Source of the DNA: Myxococcota bacterium
GTDB lineage: Bacteria > Myxococcota_A > UBA796 > CAJQPC01
NCBI GenBank assembly: GCA_036229005.1
Contig: JAZAMN010000020.1
Location: 96,001-160,000, forward strand
Reading direction: 5' to 3'
DNA: 64,000 bases
Shown here: piece after piece, positions 50,996 to 59,621 of the stretch
How the letters are laid out: each line of letters begins with the position of its first letter
Numbering within the stretch: the first letter of the stretch is position 1
Translations under genes and position numbers: made by a program
The notes under the pieces: model-generated
The model's database searches: none
Seen by the model: only the letters and a program-made list of their open reading frames with translations
Told to the model about the DNA's origin: nothing

Positions 50996-51889
50996 ATGGC
51001 CTGGCAGCGCAGGAACGATCCCGGCTACGGCCACGGCGTCGTGGAGCTCAGCAGCGAGGACGACCCCCACGAGCTCGTGCTGGAGCGGATCCGCAGCGAG
51101 CTGAGCAGCCCCGACTACGCGCCGCCCACCCTCCCCGAGGTCGCCCAGCAGGTCCTGCGCCTCAGCCAGCAGCCCGACCTGGAGCCCCGGGCCATCCTCC
51201 AGGTGATCTCCCAGGATCCTTCGCTGGTCGCCCAGCTCCTGATGGCCGCCCAGAGCCCGCTCTACGGTGGCCGCTCGGTCCAGAGCCTCCAGCAGGCCGC
51301 CGCGCGCCTGGGAATCCGAGGCCTGCGCGATCTGGTGCTGCAGATCTCTCTGCGCATGAAGGTCTTTCGCGGGGGCCCCTGGCAGTCGGCCGTGCGGGAG
51401 GTGCTGAGGGCGGCCCGTGTGCGCTCCGTGATCGCCGGAATCGTCGCTGAGGAGACGGGAGCGGATCCGGGGAAGGCCTCCCTCTGCGCCCTCCTCTCGG
51501 ACATGGGGGTGGCCGCCATCCTCATGATCCTGGCCCCCAAGCGAGGACAGGCTGCAGCAGAGCTCCACACGATCTGGCCAGCAGTCGACGCCACCCACGA
51601 AGAGGCCGCGGGCCGCCTGGCCCGCGCCTGGGAGCTGGACGGCGAGGTCCGCGCGGTCGTCGCCAACCACCACAAGCTGCGGGTGGGCGGGGTGCCCAAC
51701 CACCTGACCGGGAGCCTGATCGTCTCCGGCGCCGTCGCCACGCGCCTGGGGCTGAGCATGGAGATCCCGGGGCTGGGCTTCGTGATGGACGAAGAGCCCC
51801 ACCAGGTGCGCGACGCCCGCAAGTTCATGCGCCTGGACACCGACGCGATGAAGCGCATCGTGCGGGTGACCAAGCGGCGACTGCCCTAG
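50996..51889 (+). CDS. HDOD domain protein
   Basis: PTLPEVA, DPSL..QLL..A.SP.Y, A..RLG, W.L...V..HH. Confidence 0.85.
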   Translation: MAWQRRNDPGYGHGVVELSSEDDPHELVLERIRSELSSPDYAPPTLPEVAQQVLRLSQQPDLEPRAILQVISQDPSLVAQLLMAAQSPLYGGRSVQSLQQAAARLGIRGLRDLVLQISLRMKVFRGGPWQSAVREVLRAARVRSVIAGIVAEETGADPGKASLCALLSDMGVAAILMILAPKRGQAAAELHTIWPAVDATHEEAAGRLARAWELDGEVRAVVANHHKLRVGGVPNHLTGSLIVSGAVATRLGLSMEIPGLGFVMDEEPHQVRDARKFMRLDTDAMKRIVRVTKRRLP

Positions 51890-51908
51890 GCTGGCCCTCC
51901 CCGGGGAC

Positions 51909-52146
51909 GCGCAAGTGGGGGTGAACGCAACGGGTGGCCGCGCAAGTGGGGGTGAACGCAACGGGCGGCTGCGCAAGTGGGGGTGAGTGCAACGGGCGGC
52001 TGCGCAAGTGGGGGTGAGTGCAACGAGTGTCGGCTCGGGAGGTCGGTTTTGAGCCTTCGGTGTTGCGTTCGCGGGGACTTGCGCGGGGTGGTGTTGTGTT
52101 CGCGGGGGCTTGCGCGGGGTGGTGTTGCGTTCAGAGGGACTTGCGC
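51909..52146. repeat. head-to-head 31-bp arrays, locus C (4 forward + 3 reverse), different motif
   Basis: GCGCAAGT-N6-GA(A/G)(C/T)GCAAC at 51909/51940/51971/52002; reverse (A/G)CTTGCGC at 52077/52108/52139. Confidence 0.92.
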
Positions 52147-52149
52147 AGT

Positions 52150-52347
52150 TGCCCCGACTGCAAGAGCAGCCGGCAGGACCTCGGGCCGAAGGCCCGGGGG
52201 GGCTCAGCCGCGGTCAGGGGGCCGAAGGTCCGCTGCGCGGCCGGGCCGAAGGCCCGCATCCGGGGGGTCTCCCCCCGGAGAGAACAACGCTGAACTGGTG
52301 GGCTTCTGGGCGCCCAAGGGCGCCCCAGAAGCCCACCAGTTCAGCGC
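52150..52347 (-). repeat. multi-hairpin dispersed element, copy 2
   Basis: Long inverted repeat over the ABC stop; CCGGGGGG-AGA-CCCCCCGG; three C-TTCG-G hairpins on the minus strand. Confidence 0.65.
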
Positions 52348-53288
52348 GTGAGCTGCCGAAACACCTCTTCCAGGTTGCGCTGCTCACGGTGCAGCTCGAC
52401 GATCACAAACCCCAGCTTCACCGCCTGCTCGAACACCGCTGGGCGGAGCTCGCCGCTGCCGTGGAGCTGCAGGAAGCGCTGGCCGTCCAGCTCGGCGTGG
52501 CCAGGGACCAGCCGCACCTCGTCGATGCCACCGATCTCGCTCAGTGACTGCACCAAGCGCTCGATGGGTTGGACCACCTTGCCCGGGACCACCGACAAGT
52601 GCAGCACATCCCCCGCCGCGCTGCGCGTCACCTGCTCGGTGGGGCCGTCCGCCACGATGCGGCCCTCGTTGATGATCAGCACGCGGTCGCAGGAGGCCTG
52701 GACCTCGCCCAAAATGTGCGTGCTCAGGATGACCGTCTTGCGGCTGCCGATCTCCCGGATCAGCGCCCGGATGTCCATGATCTGGTTGGGGTCCAGGCCC
52801 GAGGTGGGCTCGTCCAGGATCAGGATGTCCGGGTCGTGCAGGATGGCCTGCGCGATGCCCACGCGCTGCTTGTAGCCCTTGGACAGCGTGCCGATGACCT
52901 GCTGGCGGCGCTCCCCCAGCCCGCAGCGCTCGATGGCGCGGTCCACGGCCTGGGCAGCCTCCGCGGCGGCCAGGCCCCGCACCCGGGCGACGAACTCCAG
53001 GTACTCCTGGACCCGCATCTCGGGGTAGACCGGGCTGGCCTCGGGCAGGTAGCCCAGGCGGGCGCGCGCCGCGACGGGGTCCTCCAGGACGTCGATGCCA
53101 GCGACCTTTGCGACCCCAGCGGTGGCCGTGATGAAGCCCGTGAGGATCTTCATGGTCGTGGACTTGCCCGCGCCGTTGGGCCCCAGAAAGCCGACCACCT
53201 GCCCCTTCTCGATGGTGAAGCTCACGCCCCCGAGCGCGGCGTGATCGCCGTAGCGCTTTTCCAAACCCTGAACCTCGACCACCGCCAT
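52341..53288 (-). CDS. orphan GldA-like ABC ATP-binding protein
   Basis: GPNGAGKST, LSKGYKQR, ILDEPTSGLDP. Confidence 0.92.
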   Translation of the reverse strand: MAVVEVQGLEKRYGDHAALGGVSFTIEKGQVVGFLGPNGAGKSTTMKILTGFITATAGVAKVAGIDVLEDPVAARARLGYLPEASPVYPEMRVQEYLEFVARVRGLAAAEAAQAVDRAIERCGLGERRQQVIGTLSKGYKQRVGIAQAILHDPDILILDEPTSGLDPNQIMDIRALIREIGSRKTVILSTHILGEVQASCDRVLIINEGRIVADGPTEQVTRSAAGDVLHLSVVPGKVVQPIERLVQSLSEIGGIDEVRLVPGHAELDGQRFLQLHGSGELRPAVFEQAVKLGFVIVELHREQRNLEEVFRQLTR

Positions 53289-53358
53289 TCCGCGCTCCAG
53301 CTCCGCGCCCCCATAACCCAAGCACAGGCAGATAGAATGGCGGGGACGGGAGAGATTC

Positions 53359-54714
53359 ATGCACCTTGGAGAGCTGATCGCGCGCGGTCGGGCTCCGGCG
53401 CCCTACGCCGGCAGCGTCCGCCTCTCACGCGTCCACGACCCCGCCGCGCTGACCGGCCTGCCCGTCGCCGCCATCCTGCTCCACGACACGCACCCCCAGC
53501 GCGCCCAGGTCTTGGCCGACGCCACCGTCCCCGTCGTGGTGTGCAGCCCCAGCCCCAACGTGGCCGAGGCCGTCGCCATGGTGCGCGCTGGCGCCGCCGA
53601 CTACGTCCCGGTGCAGGAGGGCCTGCGGGCCGCCAGGACCGCCGTCTACAACGCCCGCCGGGACCCCTGCGCTCTGGAGGCCCTGGCCCTGAGCCAGGCC
53701 GCCACCCTAGACCACGAGCGCCTGGAGCGCATCGGGAACCTGAGCTGGGGCCTGTCCCACGAGATCCTCAACCCCGCGACCTTCATCTCCGCCAACCTCG
53801 AAGAGCTGCGCGCCTGCATCGAGGACCTGCGCCCCCTGCTCAACTACGCCACGGACATCGCCTGGCTCAAGGGCGACCCCGCCCGCCTGGAGCTGCTCAA
53901 GTCCCAGGCCCGCTTCCCCCAGGTCCTCAGCGAGATGGGCGAGCTGCTCGACGAGGGCCAGCAGGGCCTGAGCCGCATCCGCAACATCGTCGGGGACCTG
54001 CGCAGCTTCGGCCCCGACCACCGCGACAGCCAGGACATCGACCTGCGCCGCCTGCTCGAGCGCCTGCTGGGCCTCTCGCGCCCCCAGCTCCAGGGCATCC
54101 GCATCCAGGAGGACATCCGGCGCGTTCCCCCCGTCCACGCCAGCCCGGCCCGCATCGCGGCGCTGCTCTCCCACCTGCTCGCGACCATCGCGCGGCGCTC
54201 GGTGCAGCCCGGCCCCCGCGGCCTGCAGGTCCTCTGCCAGCAGGAGGGCGCCCACGTGGTCCTGCGCATGTGGGACTCGGCCCCCCTGACCCCGGACAGC
54301 GGCAGCGTGAACCTCGCGCGGCCCAACCTGGGCGTCGCCTTCGGCCAGCAAGTCGTCTCCGAGCTGGGCGGCGAGCTCTCCCTGGAGGACGCCGACCCCG
54401 GCCTGCTCATCACCCTGCGCCTGCCCGTGGTCGAGCCCCACGAGCGCACGGATCCCGGACAGAGTACGCCCGACCTCGCTGGCGCCCGGATCGCTGTGTT
54501 TGCGCCGGAGCCCCGGGCGGCCAGACGGTGGGCCCAGATCCTGCGCTGCGAGCAGCTTCACCTCCTCCCCGACCTGGAGAGCGCGCGCGGCTTCAAGGCT
54601 CAGGTCGACCTGCGGCTGTCTCTGGGGGAGGAGCTCCCGGGCCCCGAGTGGCTCCAGGGCTCACCCTCCGGGCCCGATCTGGCGCGGATCACAGCACTGC
54701 TGACCCGTAGATGA
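53359..54714 (+). CDS. histidine-kinase-like protein with degenerate ATP-binding domain
   Basis: HEILNP..FI.ANL H-box; RI..IV.DLRSF; degenerate N and G boxes. Confidence 0.75.
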   Translation: MHLGELIARGRAPAPYAGSVRLSRVHDPAALTGLPVAAILLHDTHPQRAQVLADATVPVVVCSPSPNVAEAVAMVRAGAADYVPVQEGLRAARTAVYNARRDPCALEALALSQAATLDHERLERIGNLSWGLSHEILNPATFISANLEELRACIEDLRPLLNYATDIAWLKGDPARLELLKSQARFPQVLSEMGELLDEGQQGLSRIRNIVGDLRSFGPDHRDSQDIDLRRLLERLLGLSRPQLQGIRIQEDIRRVPPVHASPARIAALLSHLLATIARRSVQPGPRGLQVLCQQEGAHVVLRMWDSAPLTPDSGSVNLARPNLGVAFGQQVVSELGGELSLEDADPGLLITLRLPVVEPHERTDPGQSTPDLAGARIAVFAPEPRAARRWAQILRCEQLHLLPDLESARGFKAQVDLRLSLGEELPGPEWLQGSPSGPDLARITALLTRR

Positions 54715-54766
54715 CGCGAGGTGCGGCGGGGTGGACTACATTGGGCGCCCGACGGAGAGCCTTGTG

Positions 54767-55522
54767 ATGTTCCTTCTGACCCTGCTGGCCTGTGGCAACG
54801 AGTACCTGGAGATCGACGCGGTGGACACCGGGTCCGTGGCCGACGAGCAGGAAGAGGACCTGGCCCAGTGGGATGACGCCGAGCTGATCGTGCTGAGCCC
54901 CGAGAGCGCCAGCTTCATCAGCATCGAAGAGGGCGGCGACTTCTCCGCACAGATCGTCGACGCCGAGGGCAACGTCCTGGAGTTCGACGAGATCCAGTGG
55001 ACCCTGGTCCAGGAGAGCGGCTGGGACGCCACCGGCGCCCAGTTCACCGACACCCTGCCCGTCGGCACCCACGACATCCGCGCCAAGGCCGAGCTGCCCA
55101 ACGGCGACCGCGTCTCCTACACCGTCGGCGGCGTCCTCTCCCAGTCCGTCTACGCCGGGACCTACGCCGGGAACCTGGTCGTGGACCTGATCAGCGACCA
55201 GTTCAGCACCGCCTGCTCCGGCGCGGCCACCGCCACCGTGCAGCCCGACGGCGAGGTCGTCTTGGGCGAGGCCAACTGCTTCCTGAGCTTCCAGGGCTTC
55301 GACATCGACGGCGTCTACGAGATCGACGCCGGCAACGACCTGGGCGAGGTGGAGGGCCAGATCGCGCTCGACGTCTTCGGCTTCCAGGTGCCCCTGGATC
55401 TGGAGGGCAGCGTCAGCGAGGGCGGCACCCTGACCGGCACCTTCACCGGCGACCTGCTGGGCTACGCCGAGGTGCAGGGCACCCTGGAGCTGGAGCGCGT
55501 CACGCGTGAGGTCGGGGGCTGA
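54767..55522 (+). CDS. acidic beta-rich hypothetical lipoprotein
   Basis: MFLLTLLAC lipobox; Ig-like strands. Confidence 0.75.
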   Translation: MFLLTLLACGNEYLEIDAVDTGSVADEQEEDLAQWDDAELIVLSPESASFISIEEGGDFSAQIVDAEGNVLEFDEIQWTLVQESGWDATGAQFTDTLPVGTHDIRAKAELPNGDRVSYTVGGVLSQSVYAGTYAGNLVVDLISDQFSTACSGAATATVQPDGEVVLGEANCFLSFQGFDIDGVYEIDAGNDLGEVEGQIALDVFGFQVPLDLEGSVSEGGTLTGTFTGDLLGYAEVQGTLELERVTREVGG

Positions 55523-55637
55523 GGCCATCCCTCGGGGCTCCGTCCAAACCAGCTCCGGCCACCGCCCTCAAGGCGACCGTTGAGCCCTCTGTGGGCGCCA
55601 CCGGAGTCAAACCGGGACCTCCCGCGCCGCAGGAGCG

Positions 55638-55937
55638 TGGCCACGGGCCCCGAGTGAGCGCCCAGCAGTGGCTACGCGGTCTGAATGAGCGCTGCACTGA
55701 GGCTACGCCGACTCAGTGAGCGATCGGGCCACCGATCCGGCGTCTCGCGGCCGCAGATCTGCCGATTTGGCCCCGATCTGGAAGAGTTCAGGGCCAATTG
55801 GGGCTTCACCGGTGGCAAAAGCGCTCACCGGTGGGGCGTAGCCTCAAGAAGTCGCTCATTCGGAGGCCGTAGCCTCAAGGGTGCGCTCATTCGGAGGCCG
55901 TAGCCTCAAGAAGTCGCTCATTCGGAGGCCGTAGCCC
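55638..55937. repeat. head-to-head 31-bp arrays, locus D (3 forward + 4 reverse)
   Basis: GC(C/T)ACG..TGAGCG at 55640/55671/55702; CGCTCA..CGTAGCC at 55837/55868/55899/55930. Confidence 0.88.
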
Positions 55938-55986
55938 GCCTCAGCGCCGACTCCACCACACCAGGCCCTCCTCCGCGGCCCCTGGG

Positions 55987-56406
55987 TCAGTCCTTCAACA
56001 GGCGGACAGGGCAGCCCAGAGGCTCGTAGTCGACCGTGAGCTCGTCCCCGACCTTGGTCCAGCTCTCCTGGGACAGGATGCAGCGCTCAGGGGGCGGACC
56101 GGACACAGGGATGCAGCTCATGTCCAGGCTGTAGTAGATGGCGGTGATGTCGGAGCGATGCGCCACGCGGTTCCACTCCAGGGTGGGGTATTCGCGCATG
56201 GAGACTGGCGTCTCTCCACAGCTCCCGTCCAGCTCCAACGTCGTAAACGACCGCCGGCGCTCACTGACCAGGGGCACCGACACGAACATCTCGCCAGTGC
56301 AGGTCTCCTCCCCTTCCTCGAGCGCGCTCTCGCAGTCGAACTCCCCCCAGTAGGTCCCGGGCAGGTCCCTTCGCATGCAGCCCATCGTTGCCAGCAGAAT
56401 CAGCAT
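55987..56406 (-). CDS. small Cys-rich hypothetical lipoprotein
   Basis: GGAGGGGAG RBS; MLILLATMGC; six further Cys. Confidence 0.6.
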   Translation of the reverse strand: MLILLATMGCMRRDLPGTYWGEFDCESALEEGEETCTGEMFVSVPLVSERRRSFTTLELDGSCGETPVSMREYPTLEWNRVAHRSDITAIYYSLDMSCIPVSGPPPERCILSQESWTKVGDELTVDYEPLGCPVRLLKD

Positions 56407-56460
56407 CTCCCCTCCACTCCGGGAGAACAGCGCTAACACCCCCGTCAACGGGACGCCGGA

Positions 56461-56865
56461 TCACTCCCCCCGAACCAGGCTCTCCTCCACGGCCGCCTGA
56501 AACGCCAGGATCCGCTTGGCGTTCGCCCCCAGATCCCCCTTGCCCACCCGGCTCGCGCTGCGCACCTTGAGCACGGTCACCGTCGGGCCGAGGGGCTCCA
56601 CCCAGATCTGCACGTCGTCGACAAAGCCCAAGGTCGGGGTCACCGCCTCGCAGTGGTAGTGCATGGGCTCGGGCACGCTGCAGTTCTGCCAGCCGGGCAT
56701 CTCGTCGGCCACGGCCTTGGCGCGCCGCATGACCGCGCCGGGAGGCTCCACAAAGCGCTGGGCCTTCACCTCGGGGTACTCGGGGGTCTCGCCCGTGGTG
56801 ACCTCGTTGATGCTCAGCCCGCGGCAGCCCAGGGTCAGGGACAAGAGGGTCAGGAGGTGGGTCAC
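56461..56865 (-). CDS. DUF1499 family lipoprotein
   Basis: GFVDDV, VRSASRVGKGDLGANAKRI. Confidence 0.85.
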   Translation of the reverse strand: MTHLLTLLSLTLGCRGLSINEVTTGETPEYPEVKAQRFVEPPGAVMRRAKAVADEMPGWQNCSVPEPMHYHCEAVTPTLGFVDDVQIWVEPLGPTVTVLKVRSASRVGKGDLGANAKRILAFQAAVEESLVRGE

Positions 56866-57674
56866 GAACCCTTCCCCAACACCGCCATCAGCTCCTCCAT
56901 CACAATCCCCTTCAGATCGACCGCAGGCGAGGACACCGGACCACCGCACGAGTGCTCGGCCTCGCACAGGCAGCCCGCGGGCAGGTCGGCCCCAGGGGCG
57001 TCGGCGCGCGCGACGGACTCGGGGGGCCCGCCGTAGCGCTTGAGGCCCATGCTGCGCAGGTGCACGGCCTCGTCGGGGGGCAGGTGCTTGGCGCCGCCCA
57101 TGGTCTGCGCGGCCTGGAGGATCTTGGCGGTGTGCTCCAGCGTCTCCATCTTGCAGAAGGCGTCCAGCAGCGAGCTGCCCACGCTCAGGGCGCCGTGGCG
57201 GTCCATGAGCACGGCGTCGCGGCTGCGCACGTAGGGGCGCAAGGCCTCGGCCAGATCGCGCGTCCCGGTGGTCTGGTAGTCGACGGTGGGGACGGTGCCC
57301 AGGGTCAGGACGACCTCGGGCAGCACGCAGTCGGCCAGGCTGCGGTTGGCCAGGGTGAAGGCGATGGCCAGGGGCGGGTGGGCGTGGACGACGGCCTGGA
57401 TGTCGGGGCGCTCCTGGTAGCAGGCCAGGTGCATGGCCATCTCGGAGGTGGGCTTGCCGCGGCCCCGCACCTTGTTGCCCTTGGCGTCGATGACGACCAG
57501 GTGCTGATCCTCCAGCAGGCCCTTGTGGCAGCCGGCCTGGGTGCAGAGGATGTTGCCGTCGGGCAGGCGGCAGCTCAGGTTGCCGTCCATGGCCACGAGC
57601 AGGTGGCGCTCGTAGAGCAGGTGCCCGAACTGGAGCATCTGCTTTCGAAGGGTGCGCTCGGACTGCTGCTGCAC
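56862..57674 (-). CDS. class II aldolase/adducin family protein with C-terminal extension
   Basis: DGNLS, PTSEMAMH, VVHAHP, MDRHG, METLEH. Confidence 0.9.
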   Translation of the reverse strand: MQQQSERTLRKQMLQFGHLLYERHLLVAMDGNLSCRLPDGNILCTQAGCHKGLLEDQHLVVIDAKGNKVRGRGKPTSEMAMHLACYQERPDIQAVVHAHPPLAIAFTLANRSLADCVLPEVVLTLGTVPTVDYQTTGTRDLAEALRPYVRSRDAVLMDRHGALSVGSSLLDAFCKMETLEHTAKILQAAQTMGGAKHLPPDEAVHLRSMGLKRYGGPPESVARADAPGADLPAGCLCEAEHSCGGPVSSPAVDLKGIVMEELMAVLGKGS

Positions 57675-58625
57675 TCAGAACTCCGCTGCCTGGCGCAGGA
57701 TGCGCACGTTGTCTCGGCTGACCCGGGCGAGCTCCCGGGCCTGGAGGACCAGCCACTGCCGCTGCAGCGCGAGCCCTCGGGGGTCCCCCCTATCCAACCA
57801 CAGGGCGAGCTGGTCGCGGGAGACCACACGCAGGGTGCTGGGGGCGCTGGCCACCGCGCTGTGCAGGGCCGGCCCGCCATCGAGCATCGCGCTGAGCCCC
57901 AGCCAGTCGCCGGGGGCCACGGCGCGCGCCCAGGTGCAGGTGGCGCGGCGGTCCTGGACGTGCAGGCGCAGGGTGAGCGCGCCGGTCTCCAGGTTGAAGG
58001 CACCCCGCAGCACCTCGCTGGCGGAGAAGAGCCGCTGACCGGGCTCCAGGGCCACGGTCTCCAGAGCGGTGAGGTCCACCGGCTCCAGGGCCAAGGTCTC
58101 CTCCTCCGTAGCCGCAGGTGTCGTCGCGCCTTGGTCGTCAAGGCCCCACCCCAGCGCCTCCAGCAGCGCCCGCCCTCGGGGGTCCCCGGCCAGCCCCGGC
58201 AGCATCGCCAGGCCGTCCAGGTGTTGGTCCCGGAGCCGCCCCACCAGCACCCGTCCCAGCGCCGAGAGCAGCGAGCCCGCCCGGGGATCGCCCGCCTCCA
58301 GCAAGGCCTCCAGGTCCGAGCGCTCCACCCGCCAGACCTCGGAGGGCTCCGAGGCCACCACCGTCGCGCTGCGCGGCGCCCCCGTCAGCAGGCCCAGCTC
58401 GCCCACCGGAGCGCCCACCGGGATGTCCGCGATCACCACCTGCTGCCCCTTCGAGAGCACCGAGAGGCGTCCCCGCAGCAGCACGGCCAAGAAGGAGGAT
58501 GCCTCGCCCTCCTGCATCAGCGGGCTCCCCTCTCGGAGTGCCTGGACCCGCCCCACCTGGGCCAGGGATCTGCCCGCCGGCGAGGACAGGCTTGCAAAGA
58601 GCGCCGAGCGCAGCAGCCGCTCCAC
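57675..58625 (-). CDS. tandem cyclic-nucleotide-binding domain protein
   Basis: GELGLL.GAPRSATV; second domain G.SAMLDG.P..HSA. Confidence 0.82.
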   Translation of the reverse strand: MERLLRSALFASLSSPAGRSLAQVGRVQALREGSPLMQEGEASSFLAVLLRGRLSVLSKGQQVVIADIPVGAPVGELGLLTGAPRSATVVASEPSEVWRVERSDLEALLEAGDPRAGSLLSALGRVLVGRLRDQHLDGLAMLPGLAGDPRGRALLEALGWGLDDQGATTPAATEEETLALEPVDLTALETVALEPGQRLFSASEVLRGAFNLETGALTLRLHVQDRRATCTWARAVAPGDWLGLSAMLDGGPALHSAVASAPSTLRVVSRDQLALWLDRGDPRGLALQRQWLVLQARELARVSRDNVRILRQAAEF

Positions 58626-59621
58626 TCAAGCCTGCTCGTGCTTGCGCGCCCGCCCCAGCAGCGCAGCCATCGCCCGCTGGGGGTCCAGCCCCTCGTACAG
58701 GATCCGGTAGACCTGCTCGGTGATCGGCAGCTCCACGCCCAGCTTCTGGCCCAGGGCCCGCGCCGAGCGGGTGGTCACCACGCCCTCGGCCACCTGCCCC
58801 AGCTCCTCCAGCACCTGCTCCAGGGTCTGCCCGCGGCCCAGGGCCAGGCCCACCCGCCGGTTCCGGGACAGGTTGCCCGTGCAGGTCAGCACCAGATCGC
58901 CCATGCCGGCCAGCCCCGCGAAGGTCATGGGGTCGGCGCCCTTGGCCGCCCCCAGGCGCGTGATCTCGGCCAGCCCCCGCGTGATCAGCGCCGCCCGGGT
59001 GTTCAACCCCAGGCCCATGCCGTCCGCCATGCCCGTCGCGATGGCCATGACGTTCTTGATGGAGCCGCCGATCTCCACGCCCACCACGTCGTGCGAGTGG
59101 TACACGCGGAAGCTGCTGCCGTGGAAGGCGTCCGCGACCTTCTGGGTGGCCGCCGGGTCCGCGCCCGCCACCGTGACCGCCGTGGGCATGTCCTTGGCCA
59201 CCTCCGCCGCGAAGCTGGGCCCCGAGATCACGCAGCTCCGCCGGTCGCTCTCCAGGACCTGGGCCATGACCTCGTCCATGGTGAGCAGGGTGCCCTCCTC
59301 GATGCCCTTGGCGGCGCAGCAGAGGATCGCGTCGTCGGGGAGCTGCGGCCGCATCGCGCCCAGGGCCTCGCGGAGCTGCTGGGAGGGGATGGCCAGCACC
59401 ACCAGCTCCGCGCCCTCCAGCGCCCAGCCCGCATCCGAGGTCACGGTGACCCCGTCCGGCAGCCGGTGGTCGGGCAGGTAGCGGCGGTTCACGCGCTCCC
59501 GCTGGGTCGAGGCCGCGCGCTCCGGCTTGCGGTCCCACAAGCGCACGCTGTGTCCGCAGCGCGCGAGCTGCATCGCCAGGGCCGTCCCGAAGGAGCCCGA
59601 TCCCATCACAGTGCTCTGCAC
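58626..59621 (-). CDS. gpsA: NAD(P)H-dependent glycerol-3-phosphate dehydrogenase
   Basis: GSGSFGTALA, KGIE, SGPSFA.EV, KNVMAIA, GDL.LTC...SRN, AEGV. Confidence 0.96.
   Translation of the reverse strand: MQSTVMGSGSFGTALAMQLARCGHSVRLWDRKPERAASTQRERVNRRYLPDHRLPDGVTVTSDAGWALEGAELVVLAIPSQQLREALGAMRPQLPDDAILCCAAKGIEEGTLLTMDEVMAQVLESDRRSCVISGPSFAAEVAKDMPTAVTVAGADPAATQKVADAFHGSSFRVYHSHDVVGVEIGGSIKNVMAIATGMADGMGLGLNTRAALITRGLAEITRLGAAKGADPMTFAGLAGMGDLVLTCTGNLSRNRRVGLALGRGQTLEQVLEELGQVAEGVVTTRSARALGQKLGVELPITEQVYRILYEGLDPQRAMAALLGRARKHEQA

Noticed and set aside
51909..52146. Integron attC site
   Set aside because: AAC/GTT cores are present but the RYYYAAC/GTTRRRY context and L boxes are not; no integrase or cassette array
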